From an uncultured delta proteobacterium (GTDB lineage Bacteria; Desulfobacterota; WTBG01; CAIYCZ01): DNA of 64,000 nucleotides. Below are positions 20,645-32,236 of this stretch, one piece after another. Where the stretch lies: positions 32,001 through 96,000 of the forward strand of contig CAWDOY010000053.1 of NCBI GenBank assembly GCA_963803975.1, written 5' to 3'. The notes under the pieces are model-generated. The model was not told the DNA's origin and made no database searches. It was given only the letters and a program-made list of their open reading frames with translations. Position 1 is the stretch's first letter. The number at the start of each line of letters is the position of its first letter. The position numbers and the translations under genes were made by a program.

Positions 20645-20776
20645 GAAATCATTTACCGCAGAGCACGCCGAGAACGCGGATGAACGCAGATTATTAGCGA
20701 TTAGATAAAGCTTAACAATCTGCGAGTATCGGCGCAATCTGCGTCCTTGATAAAAAGTCAGTTAACTTACAACAAC

Positions 20777-23470
20777 ATGGAACGAACTGATATAATCCCC
20801 GTATTCGGCATGACCTGCGGCCACTGCGTGAAGGCAGTGAACATGGCGCTGCAAAATGTCAACGGTGTGCTGGCATTAGATGTTTCCCTTGAAGAGTCCA
20901 GGGCGCAGGTCACCTATGATGATGCGCTAACCAGTCTTGCATCTCTCAAATCAGCAATTATTGAAGAAGGCTACAGTGTCGAGCCTGCTGCTGAGGGTAA
21001 GCCCGAAGAAAGTGCAGCGCAGGAGCAGGCAGCACCGGAGATCGTCCCTCAATCAGTCACTTCAAACTTTTCCATCCAGGGAATGTCCTGCGTTAACTGC
21101 GCCCAGGCGATTGAGAAAGGCCTGAAGAAGTTCCCCGGCATTCTGCAGGCAACGGTTAATTTTCCACTGGAGCGCTTGACCGTCGAAAAAGATTCATCTC
21201 TTTCTGATGAAGAGGTCATTAAGAAGGTTGCAGATATCGGCTATGTCGCAGCGTCTTTAAAGGAGAGGGAGGGTGGCAAAATCACCTTCCGCATCGAGGG
21301 GATGAGCTGCGTTAACTGCGCCCAGTCCATTGAAAAGGCTTTTAAAGGGGCAGCGGGTATAAAAAGCGTTGCCATCAACTTCTCACTTGAAAAAGGTTTT
21401 GTTGAGTTTGACGAGGCGCTTACTGACCGGCAGAAGATACTTGAAATAGTAAAGGACGCGGGCTACAGCGCCATTGAAGCAGGTGAGGAGCAGAAGGCCT
21501 CAGGCATTGCGCGCAGGGAAAAGTTCCGCTTCTTTTTTGCCCTGGCGCTGACCGTTCCGCTGGTCGTGTTCATGTATCTCATGCCCTTCGGCCATGTCGG
21601 CACCAACTATGTAAATTTTGTTCTTGCCACCCTGGTGCAGTTTGTCTCCGGCATTACCTTCTACAGCGGCGCCTACCATTCGTTGAAGAACCGCTCCACC
21701 AACATGGATGTGCTCATCGCCCTGGGCATATCAGCGGCATACTTTTACAGCGTCTTCTCGCTTTTCTTCATCGACCCCCACGCCCACACCTTCTTTGACA
21801 GTTCTGCCATGCTCATCACCTTCATTCTGCTGGGCAAAATGCTTGAAGCCAGGGCAAAAGGCAAAACCAGCCAGGCTCTGCAGAAGCTGCTCTCGCTGCA
21901 GGCGGACCAGGCGCGCCTCATTGAAAACGGCAAAGAGCGCATGGTGGCGGCATCGTTAGTGAAGGTCGGGGATGTCGTGCTGGTGCGGCCCGGTGAAAAA
22001 ATACCGGTGGATGGCAAAATAATCGTAGGCGCGACTGCGGTGGACGAGTCCATGATTACCGGTGAATCCATTCCGGTGGAGAAGGCAGCAGGAGATGCGG
22101 TCACCGGCGCGACACTGAACACCTCCGGCGTCATCAGGGTGCGGACAACAAAGATCGGGAAAGACACGCTGCTGTCGCAAATCATAAAGATGGTGGAAGA
22201 CGCCCAGTCAGACAAGGCGCCCATCCAGCGCATTGCGGACACGGTATCAAATTACTTTGTCCCGTTTGTGGTGGCCGCGGCGCTCATCACGTTTGCGCTC
22301 TGGTACGCCGTGCTGACAATTCCGCCGCCGGAAGGGTTTTCACGATTTCTTTTTTCATTCCAGCTCATGATAGCGGTGCTGGTCATAGCCTGCCCGTGCG
22401 CGCTGGGACTGGCGACCCCCACGGCCATCATGGTGGGAAGCGGAGTGGGGCTGAAGCGGGGCATTCTGTTTAAGCGCGCTTCAGTGCTTGAGCGGATTTC
22501 AAAGCTTGATGTTATTCTGTTCGACAAGACCGGCACCATTACCGCCGGCAGGCCGGAAGTGGTCGGCATACATCCCTGCAGCAGCTTATAATGTTCAGGA
22601 CGTGCTCGGCATAGCTGCCGGCGCGGCGGCCAATTCATCACACCCGCTGGCCCAGGCCATTGTCAGGAAGGCGCAGCAGAAACGGCATTGCCGGGGAACA
22701 GGTAACCGACGTCCGGGAGATGAGCGGTAAGGGCATTCTCTGCAGCTGGAACGGAAAACAGCTCAAGGTCGGCAGCAGCAGGTTCATTGCCGGGGAAAAA
22801 GAGCTTCCGCCGGACGTGCGGCGGCTGCGGGAGCAGATTGATGAGGGCGGCAGGACAACGGTATATGTTTCCCTTGATGACACGGTGCTGTGCATTTTTG
22901 CCCTGTCGGATGTTGTCAAGCAGGACTCCCGCGCGGCTGTCCAGGCGCTCCATAAGCTCGGCATTAAAACCGCGCTCATCTCCGGTGATAATAAGAAAGT
23001 CGCCCATGACTGTTGCCCGGGAGGTGGGCATTGACGAGGTTGAAGCAGAGGTGCTGCCTGCGGATAAGATCACGGTTGTTAAAAAATGGCAGCAGAAGGG
23101 TTTCAAAGTCGGCATGGTGGGCGATGGCATTAACGATGCCCCGGCACTGGCGCAGGCTGACGTGGGCATTGCCATCGGCTCCGGCACTGATGTGGCAAAG
23201 GAGACCGGAGACGTGATCCTGGTAAAGAACAGCCTGATGGATGTGGAGCGCTCCATCCGCCTGGGCAGAAAAACGCTTGAGACCATTAAACAGAATTTTT
23301 TCTGGGCGTTTTTCTATAACGTCCTGATGATACCCATAGCGGCAGGCATTCTCTATCCGGTGAACGGGATCACCCTCAAGCCCGAGTGGGCGTGCGTGGC
23401 CATGTGGTTTTCCTCCATTACCGTGGTGAGCAATTCGCTGATGCTGAAGAGGTATGAGAAGAAATTGTAG
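20777..23470 (+). CDS. copA: Cu(I)-translocating P1B-type ATPase with three N-terminal HMA domains (frameshifts near 22585, 22680, 23005)
   Basis: GMTCGHC, GMSCVNC x2, [38 protein letters not shown] and MWFSS motifs. Confidence 0.96.
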
Positions 23471-23593
23471 AAGGTCAAAAGGTCAAGAGGCAAAGAGGGA
23501 ATAAGGCGAAGTGAATTGTGAATCGTTCAAACAGTACTCTTGAACCCTTGAACCCTGTAGTTCAATCCTCAAACCCTACAGAAGGAGTTAATT

Positions 23594-24495
23594 ATGAAAT
23601 GGGAAGAAGATGCACGGCAGGTGGTGGATGCAATTCCGGTCCATGATATTATCAAGAACATGATTATCCTCTGGGCTGAGCGGTGCGCGCGCAAGGATAA
23701 GCGGAATGTAGTGACACCGAGGACATGATCAAGACGCGGGATGATTATTTTGAATGGTTCGGAGAGGCAAAGATAGCAAAAATTCAGCAGGCGCGGGATT
23801 CGGGGCAAACAGATACTGACCTTGACCCGGAGATTGCGCTCAATAAAGACCCCGCCCTCTATAAAATCGAGCTCTGCCATTCGCGGTTCTTCGGCTGCGA
23901 CCGGGACGTGATAAATGTGAGGGCACTGGGCCCCAAGATCAAGCAGAAACTGGAAGAGCTGAAGATCACCGAGATACTGGCGGACAAGGCATTTGAAGTG
24001 CTCATGCCGCACAGCGTTTTCACCGTATCCATATCAGGCTGCGGCAACATCTGCACCGGAGCCGAGTCCAAGGACATCGGCATCCACGGCGCCGCCAGGC
24101 CCAAAGTCACCGACAAGGAGTGCATTCAGTGTAAAAAGTGCGCTCATGCCTGCCTGGACCGGATTATTAGTTTTGAAGACGGCAGGCCCGTCATCAACGA
24201 AGACATCTGCAGGCTCTGCGGCAACTGCATCCAGGTCTGCCCCACCGGCGCTATCGCGTTTGACAAAAAGGGCTGCAGGATCATGGCCGGCGGCACCTTC
24301 GGCCGCTTCGCGAAATACGGGACCGAGCTTTTCCGGTTAACGGATACTGATATGATCTATCCGATACTGGAAGCGTCGGTCAATCTCATAAAGGATGAGC
24401 TGAGCGAAACCTACGAAGACAACTTCAGCCTGCTCATGCGGCGCACGGGCATTTCACCAATCTTTGAGCATCTGGCACGGGTAGGAAAGATATAA
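23594..24495 (+). CDS. PCP_red-like N-terminal domain + nitrite/sulfite reductase 4Fe-4S domain + 2x[4Fe-4S] ferredoxin (frameshift near 23722)
   Basis: AGGAG RBS; MKWEEDARQVVDAIP...WAERCARKDKRNVVT; CHSRFFGC, SGCGNIC...DIGI, CIQCKKCAHAC, CRLCGNCIQVCP. Confidence 0.85.
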
Positions 24496-24570
24496 GAGTA
24501 AGGCACCCGCCTTCGCTTGCGCTACTGCGCGGCCAGGCACAAAGGCACAGAGGCAAAAAGGAAAACTACA

Positions 24571-24966
24571 ATGGATAAACCCGTTGACGGGTTCTATTTC
24601 ATGTTTGAGATCGGCTGGTTTCTTGACCTGCTGATTCCAACGCTGGTGCGGGTTAAAGACGGCAGCCTGTATCTTGTGGGCAGCAAGCCCTGCAATATAA
24701 AGGATTTAAAACCCTGCTGCATCCCCTGCGGCGGGGCAGAGGAATGTAAAAAGCTTTCCTTTGATGACGCGGCGCTGAAAGCGTTCAGGAGTGCTGATTC
24801 ATTGCGACGCTGTTCACGCGGACAGATGACCTGGCTGAAGAACTGCAGAGAGCCCTCGATGAATCAGGAAATCCGTGACCGCTATTTTAACACCAAGGGA
24901 AAACTGCGGAAGGAAGCGACCCTGGAAAGAATTATAAACGATTACCAGGTGCTCTCAAAGATATAA
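24571..24966 (+). CDS. Hypothetical Cys-containing protein
   Basis: MDKPVDG... with PCNIKDLKPCCIPCGGAEEC; co-directional with the cop unit. Confidence 0.65.
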   Translation: MDKPVDGFYFMFEIGWFLDLLIPTLVRVKDGSLYLVGSKPCNIKDLKPCCIPCGGAEECKKLSFDDAALKAFRSADSLRRCSRGQMTWLKNCREPSMNQEIRDRYFNTKGKLRKEATLERIINDYQVLSKI

Positions 24967-25088
24967 TCCCGAATATATTTATTAAAGGCCAATTTCCGAT
25001 TTGGCCTATCTTTATGCGCATGAAAATTAAATAAAAAAAGCCAGTTTTTCTCCGGCGCCAACTCATTTCTATTTATAAAAAGATTTTT

Positions 25089-25262
25089 TTAATTCTTATA
25101 CACTTTGGGAACATCATCTGTTGCCATGAGAAAATAAGCGTCTTTAATGTTATCTTCCAATTCTTTCAGAGTTTCTCCCTGGGTCATAATTTCAGGATGT
25201 TCCAAAAGTTTTCCCAGCCAGAATTTCTCACTTTTCCAATAGATTAAAGTCATTTTTGTCAT
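25089..25262 (-). CDS. HicB-like antitoxin (57 aa, possibly truncated)
   Basis: GGAGGT RBS; MTKMTLIYWKSEKFWLGKLLEHPEIMTQGETLKELEDNIKDAY contains the HicB TQGETL-E motif. Confidence 0.8.
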   Translation of the reverse strand: MTKMTLIYWKSEKFWLGKLLEHPEIMTQGETLKELEDNIKDAYFLMATDDVPKVYKN

Positions 25263-25469
25263 GTTAAATGACCTCCTGGATTACGGGATGGATTCCATGA
25301 GTTTTTTACTGCATGATAAATATTATCATATTATACAACAAAATTATTAAAAAAAATATACATCCTCAACCAGGGAAACTATGACAGTGTCATTTATTAC
25401 GCATGTGCTGGAACTATGAACCAGGATTGCCGCGTCGTCCCGATACATTGTGACTCCTGGCAATGACCG

Positions 25470-26967
25470 CTAAGCAGTTTTAGCCCCTGCTGTAGAACGC
25501 TTGCTTCTGAGACTGCTCCACATAACAATATTCCCCGCAGTCATCACCACAAACGCCAGGTCCACTGGAAAGCGGAAGCGGTTGTTCTCGCCGAACTCGA
25601 TGATCGATGAGACGGTGATGGTGTAGGCGTGAATGATGAGGCAGAAGATGCAGAGGGTCATTAGGGCCGGTGATATGCGCTCATCTTTTCTTGAAAGCAA
25701 GGATGATGGTGCTGAGATAGACAATTGCAAATAAAATACTGATAACGATAGTCCTTCCCCACATTCTTGCATCAAGCTTGCTTTCAACCCCCATAAACCC
25801 GAAGTGCAGAAAGCGGTATACGGACTCCAGCTTTTTCAGCACCTCCATGTTATTCTCGAAAAGCCCGTGGACTGAATCAGAAGAGTGCCAGAGCGTGAGG
25901 CTGTAGGAGCCCAGGGTGTAAAATAAAAACTGGGACGGCTCGTACCGTATCAGTGCAAGCGCGTCCCGCATGAGCTGCTGTGAAACAATGATATAGCCGC
26001 TGTGATTAAAGTTCGGGTAGCCGGTGCTTTTGTTTGAACTGCAGTCCGCGGGACAATGGCAGGGTATATTCTTCAACGCGGCAGCATTAAAGTAGTGCGT
26101 TATGGGCTGGAACGCCCTCAGTTCCGCCTTGATCGCTGTTGTGCTTACTATCCCTCTCGCGTGCAGCTCTTCAAGCTGCTCCGGGACAAAAGTGTTTACT
26201 TTTGTCCAGAGGTTCATCCCTTCCCATGATGAGGTCCCGAAAAAACCGAACACCGAGGCGTTCTTTGAACACAGAAGCATTAACGGTATCACCACAACTA
26301 ATGCAGGAGCGAAGAAATGTTTCGGCAAGGGGTTTTGCCGCGGCCCTGCGCCACAGATACCAGGTGATGACAGCTCCGGTGAGGAGAAAGAAGACCGGGT
26401 GAAACACGGAGCGGGTCAGCCCCAGGCAGAGAAGAAATGTCCAGAACAGGGCGAGTCTGGAGGTTTTTTTTTCAAGTCCCCAGCGGGCGAGGAAAAACAG
26501 CGCCAGGGCAATATAAAAGGTTTCAATGTAGGAGTAATATAAAAGGTTCTCATAAAGGATGAGCGTTGGATTGAGCATGAAGACAATAGTTATCAGCAGG
26601 GCTGTACGGCGCTTCACCCCGATGGCGGAGAGCGTTCCGTAGCATGCCAGGGGAATAAGCGCCCCGGCGGTTTTAAAAAGAATCGAGTATGACAGGGCGG
26701 GGACCGGGGACAGCTTCAGCACCAGGCCGAGCATGAGGTTGAACAGAGGCGGCTGGGAGTGAAGATAAAACAGGCTTTGCAGGAGATCGGTTTTAAGCAG
26801 CGCGGGGTCCAGGTACTGCATGGCAAAGGCCAGGGGCGTGGCGACAAACGCACCGCCCTGGAGATAGAAAACAAGACGTGAGAGTATAAAGACCGCGAGT
26901 ATGATAATCCCTCCGGCATTTTCGCGCAGCGCGGGGTATTTTGCGAGGGCCTTGCGGCATCAATCAT
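25470..26967 (-). CDS. Integral membrane protein, GT-C/PMT-like (several frameshifts)
   Basis: Three overlapping hydrophobic ORFs: QYLDP...LHSQPPLFN, ...GENNRFRFP. Confidence 0.65.
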
Positions 26968-27067
26968 GTGCGACTCCTGTAAGCACTGTGACTGACTGGT
27001 AATCTATCAGGTAACCGGAAACAGTACAAATTATATTTTCTGCGCCGGCAGAATGATGACAGAGTTA

Positions 27068-27096
27068 TTGACACCGGGGCGCCGCTGGCATATACT
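27068..27096 (+). promoter_or_regulatory. Sigma70-type promoter
   Basis: TTGACA-17 bp-TATACT. Confidence 0.75.
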
Positions 27097-27264
27097 TCAA
27101 TAAAATGACCGGTCATATGAACCCCGAGTAAGCGGGGTCAAGATGCATGTCGAAAGATAATTAGCTCGGTAAGCCCCCTTGGCGGAGCGTTCCTTTGTCT
27201 TATTGAAGTCTAGCAGACTGCAGATGACTATTGCCGGGTTAACCATTTTTTCACGGAGGATACC

Positions 27265-27745
27265 ATGGAAAAAGTTGTCGGGAAAGAGTTTCCACTGGAA
27301 AAGCAGCGCGACATGCTGGAAGAGATGAATGCATTAAAGCTGCCGCTGCTCTATCAGAATCTTGTCGCCGCGTACGGCGAAGAGAAGGGCAGAGCTGTTT
27401 ATGATGACATTTTTGAGGTGGGTTTCAAGAAGCGGACCAAGATGTTTGAGGGCAAAGACATCGGCGACATCATGATGTATGAGATCGATATGTTTCCCGC
27501 CACCGGCTGGAAGATATGGATTGAAAAGACGGAAGAGAACGGCGAGCCGGTCTGGTATGAGCACCTGGAGCGCTGCCCGCATCTTGATGCCACCAGGAAG
27601 CGCAAGCTGCCTGATCCCTGTGCCATCATCTGCGAAATGGACTGCCGCCTGGGAGAGCAGTACAAGGTGGCAAAGTGGCAGCGGATGAAGCATCATGCCG
27701 GCAGGAGACAAAGAGTGCTGCTTTAGAATCACCCGTTGCAAATAA
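27265..27745 (+). CDS. L-2-amino-thiazoline-4-carboxylate hydrolase-like (ATC_hydrolase/V4R-type) protein, frameshift near the C-terminus
   Basis: GGAGG RBS; YGEEKG, ERCPH...CAIICEMD...AGDKECCFRI. Confidence 0.7.
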
Positions 27746-27766
27746 AAGCAGGACGCAGTATATATA

Positions 27767-27803
27767 AAGGCAGGAGTCGGGGAAATAACGGCTCCTGCTT
27801 TTT
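27767..27803 (+). terminator. Rho-independent terminator
   Basis: GCAGGAGTCG-gggaaataa-CGGCTCCTGC-ttttt. Confidence 0.65.
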
Positions 27804-27915
27804 ATTGTTATGAACAAAAGAGCCACAGGGGTCCCAAAGAAAAGGCAAGCTGACGGCTTTTTGCTTTTAAAATTTATTTTCTCTGCATCCTCGTGGTTGA
27901 ACTGAAAGGATTACT

Positions 27916-28660
27916 ATGAAAAAATATCTTTACTCCTTGCTGGCGCTCCTTTTTTTATTGTCCGGCGGCATGGCTGCGAAGGCCCTGGCCTATACGGTTG
28001 TCACGCCGCAGCAGGCACAGCAGATGATCGAAACCAATAGCGCGCTGACCGTTGTTGATGTCAGAGAAGTTAATGAATACTGCGGCGCGAACGGCCACAT
28101 CGCCGGGGCGCTCAATTATCCCCTGGATTTCAGAGGTGCTGGAGCAAGGATTATGCAGGAACTGCCTGCGGACGCTGAAATCCTTGTGGTCTGCCAGAGC
28201 GGACATCGCAGCGTCACTGGCTGCGGAGTTTCTTGATTCCAAGAGTTTTCTTCATGTGTATTCCATGGAGGGAGGCATGTCTGCCTGGCAGTGGGATACC
28301 GTAACCTGTGTTGACAGGGACGGAGATGGCATCAATGATGACCGGGACAATTGCCCGACCGTGTCCAATCCTGACCAGAAGGACACTGACCAGGACGGTG
28401 TCGGGGATGCCTGCGAGGAAAAGAACCTGTGCCCCGCTGAGGCAGTCTATGGGGAAAATTCAGAGGAGGTTCTGCTGCTCAGGGATTTCCGTGACAGCGT
28501 GCTGCACCAAACAGCAGAAGGCAGGAAGGCAATTACCCTGTATTACGCCTTAAGCCCGGTGCTGGTGAACATGATGACGCAGGATGATGGATTCAAAGGC
28601 CGGCTGCGCGCGGCAATTGACAGGGTTTTGCCGGAGCTTAAAGAAAAAATGCGCAGATAG
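27916..28660 (+). CDS. Secreted rhodanese + thrombospondin type 3 repeat + CFI-box-CTERM-like protein (frameshifts)
   Basis: Signal peptide, [82 protein letters not shown]...LYY. Confidence 0.82.
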
Positions 28661-28790
28661 AGATAGTTGTTGACAAACAGATTTTCATGGACTACCTTTA
28701 TGAAATATAAAAACCAGGGTGCCATTTTATTAGCTTAAATGGCAAAACTCGTTAAACAAAAACTTTATTTAATCAGGGAAGGGGGCAGTT

Positions 28791-29192
28791 ATGAACAAAA
28801 AATGTTTAGCACTGATCATCGGAGTTATCATTGCGCTCAGTTTTACCGGTTTCTCGATTGCCGAAGAAAAAGAGAATCAGCAAGCGGAGAAAATATCAAA
28901 AGCCCAGGAAGGCCTTAAGACCCTGGGGTATTACAAGGGTGACGTGACCGGTAAAATGGACAAGGATACCCGGGATGCCATCAAGGAGTTCCAGAAAAAA
29001 GAAGAAGACATGAAAATGCCGGCTGGCATGCTGACTGATAAAACTTGCAGTGCCATTGATGAGAAAGCAGAAAAAAAGATGAAGAAGGATGAAGACAAGG
29101 GAAAGAACCCGATGGATAAGATGGATGAAGGAAAAGGGAAAGTGCAGGAGGGAATGGACAAGATGAAGGGCGCGACTGACGTAGTGAAATAA
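28791..29192 (+). CDS. Secreted peptidoglycan-binding domain protein
   Basis: AQEGLKTLGYYKGDVTGKMDKDTRDAIKEFQ (PG_binding_1 pattern). Confidence 0.85.
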   Translation: MNKKCLALIIGVIIALSFTGFSIAEEKENQQAEKISKAQEGLKTLGYYKGDVTGKMDKDTRDAIKEFQKKEEDMKMPAGMLTDKTCSAIDEKAEKKMKKDEDKGKNPMDKMDEGKGKVQEGMDKMKGATDVVK

Positions 29193-29252
29193 GGGGAAAC
29201 GCATAACGTATTGAGAAGGTATCATTAAAAGCAGAATCAGAGGAGGCGTATC

Positions 29253-29938
29253 ATGAAACAGGTTGTAGTGGTGTTACTTATTGCGGCTCTTATCTTGCCC
29301 GGCTGTGCAGCCATGCAGGAGAATCAAAAAAACCACCATCGGTGCCGGGGCGGGCGCGGTACTCGGTGCCGGGGTCGGCTATGCGATTGGCGGGGGCAAG
29401 GGCGCTGCGATAGGCGCAGTAGTAGGCGGCCTTGCAGGCGGGGTCATCGGGCATTACATGGACAAGCAGGAGCGTGAATTCAAGCAGGCACTCGCTGAGT
29501 CACAGGCACGGGAGCAGGCGGCAATCATGCAGGGTGTGCAGGCGGGAAAAGGACGCGCTTATCCTCACCTTTAAATCAGATGTGATGTTTGACACCAACT
29601 CATCCGTTATCAAGCCCGCAGCCTACGCTTCAGGGGAAATTGACCGCGTGGCGCAAATTCTCAATAGATACCCTGACACCACCATAAGGGTAGTAGGATA
29701 TACTGACAGCACGGGAGCAGAATCCTATAATCAGCAGTTATCAGAGCAGCGGGCCAATTCGGTAAAGAACGCCCTGGTTGTTAAAAACGTACAAACTGCC
29801 CGTATCTCTGCTCTTGGCATGGGAGAGTCCAACCCGATTGCAGACAACGCAACCGAAGGCGGACGCCAGCTTAACCGTCGCGTTAACATAATCATTGAGC
29901 CTACGCAGCAGGCGGGACAGAATCAGCCGCAGGGTTAA
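29253..29938 (+). CDS. OmpA-family lipoprotein with glycine zipper (two frameshifts)
   Basis: LPGC lipobox, GAGAGAVLGAGVG..., VGYTDSTG...NQQLSEQRA...NRRV. Confidence 0.9.
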
Positions 29939-30024
29939 TAGCAGTCAGTTTTAAAAAATACGGTAATTTTATGAAGGCAGAGCTGCGATAGGCTCTGCCT
30001 TCTCTATTTAAAGGACTATATATT

Positions 30025-30825
30025 ATGAAAAGAAGTCTGCTCTTATTGTTGTGCTCGCTTTTTTTCATTGTTTCCTGCGAGACGGTTCCGATCACCGGCC
30101 GGAGCCAGCTCAGCCTGGTGTCATCCCAGGAGCTCAGTACCATGAGCTTTGAGGCCTACCGGGATTTTCTGTCCAAGCACCAGGTTGTCAGAAACACGCC
30201 GGCAGCCTTAATGGTGCAGCGGGTCGGGAGGAAATATCCAGCGGGCGGTGGGACTTTTTTTTGCCCGGCAGCAGATGTCTTCCCGTCTCAGCGGTTATGC
30301 CTGGGAATTTAACCTGGTGCAGGACAAGGCCAAAAATGCCTGGTGCATGCCCGGCGGCAAGGTATGCGTCTATACCGGCATCCTGCCCGTGACGCGGGAT
30401 GAAAGCGGCCTGGCAGTGGTCATGGGACATGAGATTGCTCATGCCGTGGCCAACCATTCCAGCGAGCGCATGAGCCAGCAGCTGCTGGTGCAGATGGGAG
30501 GCGCGGCGCTCTCTACCGCAATGGCCCAGAGTCCGGGGCAGACGCAGGACCTGTTTCTGATCTTTTCGGCGTCGGATCGCAGGTTGGACTACTGCTCCCC
30601 TACAGCCGCGTTCAGGAATCAGAAGCTGACCGCCTGGGCCTCATATTTATGGCCATGGCAGGGTATGACCCGCGCGTGGCCCTCGGGTTCTGGCAGCGCA
30701 TGGCTGCTTCACAGCAGGGCCAGGCACCGTCCGAATTCCTGAGCACCCATCCTTCGGATGTAACCAGGATTAATAATCTGAAAGTTTATATACCGGAAGC
30801 GCTGAAGTATTACCTGAAGCGATAG
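30025..30825 (+). CDS. M48-family metalloprotease lipoprotein (two frameshifts)
   Basis: CETVPITGRSQL, NAWCMPGGK, VMGHEIAH, ESEAD, EFLSTHPSD. Confidence 0.9.
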
Positions 30826-30860
30826 TACCCGCTTTATTTCATGCCGGAGTCTTAAACGAT

Positions 30861-32005
30861 ATGTTTAAAAAGGTTCTCATCCTGTCAGCATCTGCCGGTG
30901 CCGGGCATACCCGTGCAGCCCAGGCGCTGGAGCGGGCATTCATGGAAATGGGCGCAGCTGAAGAAGTGAAGCATGTTGACGCGCTCGAATATACGACCAA
31001 AATATTTAAGACCATCGCCTCAAAAGCCTACATCGATCTGGTCAATAAGGCCCCGCACATGCTCGGCTGGTTCTACGACGTGATGGACAAGCCGTGGAAG
31101 AATGAGCGCCTCATGCAGGCAATTGACATGCTCAATACGCAGCCGCTGGTGCGACTGATAAATAAATACCAGCCGGACCTCGCGGTCTGCACCCACTTTA
31201 CCCCCGCTGACATGATCTCCTGGCTCAAGGAGAAAAAGACGCTTACCTGTCCCCTTGCCATTGTGGTGACGGACTTTGATATCCATGCCAACTGGCTGTG
31301 CCGTTATTGTGACCGCTATTTTGTCGCGCTGGATGAGACCGGGGTGCATCTGGAAAAACTGGGCATCCCCGCTGACAGAATAACCGTCTCGGGAATTCCC
31401 GTTGACCCGGTATTCGCCCGGCGTAAGGATAAGGCAGCAATGCGTCTTAAACATGGTCTCAGGCAGGACATAACTACCATACTCGTATCAGCAGGCGGCT
31501 TCGGCGTGGGTCCGGTAGAAAACCTGATTACCGCGCTGCTGGACCTGCAGCACGAGGCGCAGATAGTTGCGGTCTGCGGCAAAAGCGAAGAATTAAAACG
31601 AAAGCTTGAGAACCTTGCTGAACGCGTTCCCGCAGGCCATCGGGTGACCGTGCGCGTGGTCGGCTACACCACGGATATGGATGAATACATGGCAGCCGCT
31701 GACATGCTGGTGGGAAAAACCGGAGGACTGACCACATCTGAAGCGCTGGCGCGGGACCTCATCATGGTGGTGGTGAATCCAATTCCGGGGCAGGAGGAGC
31801 GCAATGCCGATCACCTGCTTGAGGAGGGTGCGGCGCTGCGGTGCAACAACCTGCCGGCAATTGCTTTCAAGATCGACCGGCTGCTTGATGACCCGGCGCG
31901 CATGGCTGCCATGAAGAAAGAATATCCAGCCGTATTGCCCGCCCCCGCGCAGCCTATGATATTGTCTCCACACTGCTGCAGCTGAAATCAGCGGCGCAGC
32001 GCTAA
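30861..32005 (+). CDS. MGDG synthase / UgtP-like glycosyltransferase (GT28)
   Basis: ILSASAGAGH, VVTDFDIH..W, GIPVDPVF, KTGGLTTSE, PIPGQEERNA. Confidence 0.9.
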
Positions 32006-32236
32006 AATACCTTGCAGTCTGAGAATAATTTATTATAATCAGCCTGTCTTTTATCGGGGCAGCACGTTTTTAGCAGGGCACCCATCCATCCTGTACAGCA
32101 CACGAACTCCGGAATCAGCACGCTGAGGTAGCTTCCTCCTGAAGCAGCCGGAACATTTTATGGCACCCCACACTCACCTCCTGCTGAGCGCTGGTGGCTA
32201 TTGTCTAACGTCTGATGTTCGTGCACTAATGAATAT

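Noticed and set aside
20777..23470. E. coli-like programmed frameshift producing CopZ from copA
   Set aside because: The shifts lie in the catalytic half rather than after the first HMA domain, and a separate copZ is present.
32100..32160. SRP RNA, suggested by GAAGCAGC
   Set aside because: The conserved CAGG-N-CCGGAAGG-N-AGCA domain IV arrangement is absent.
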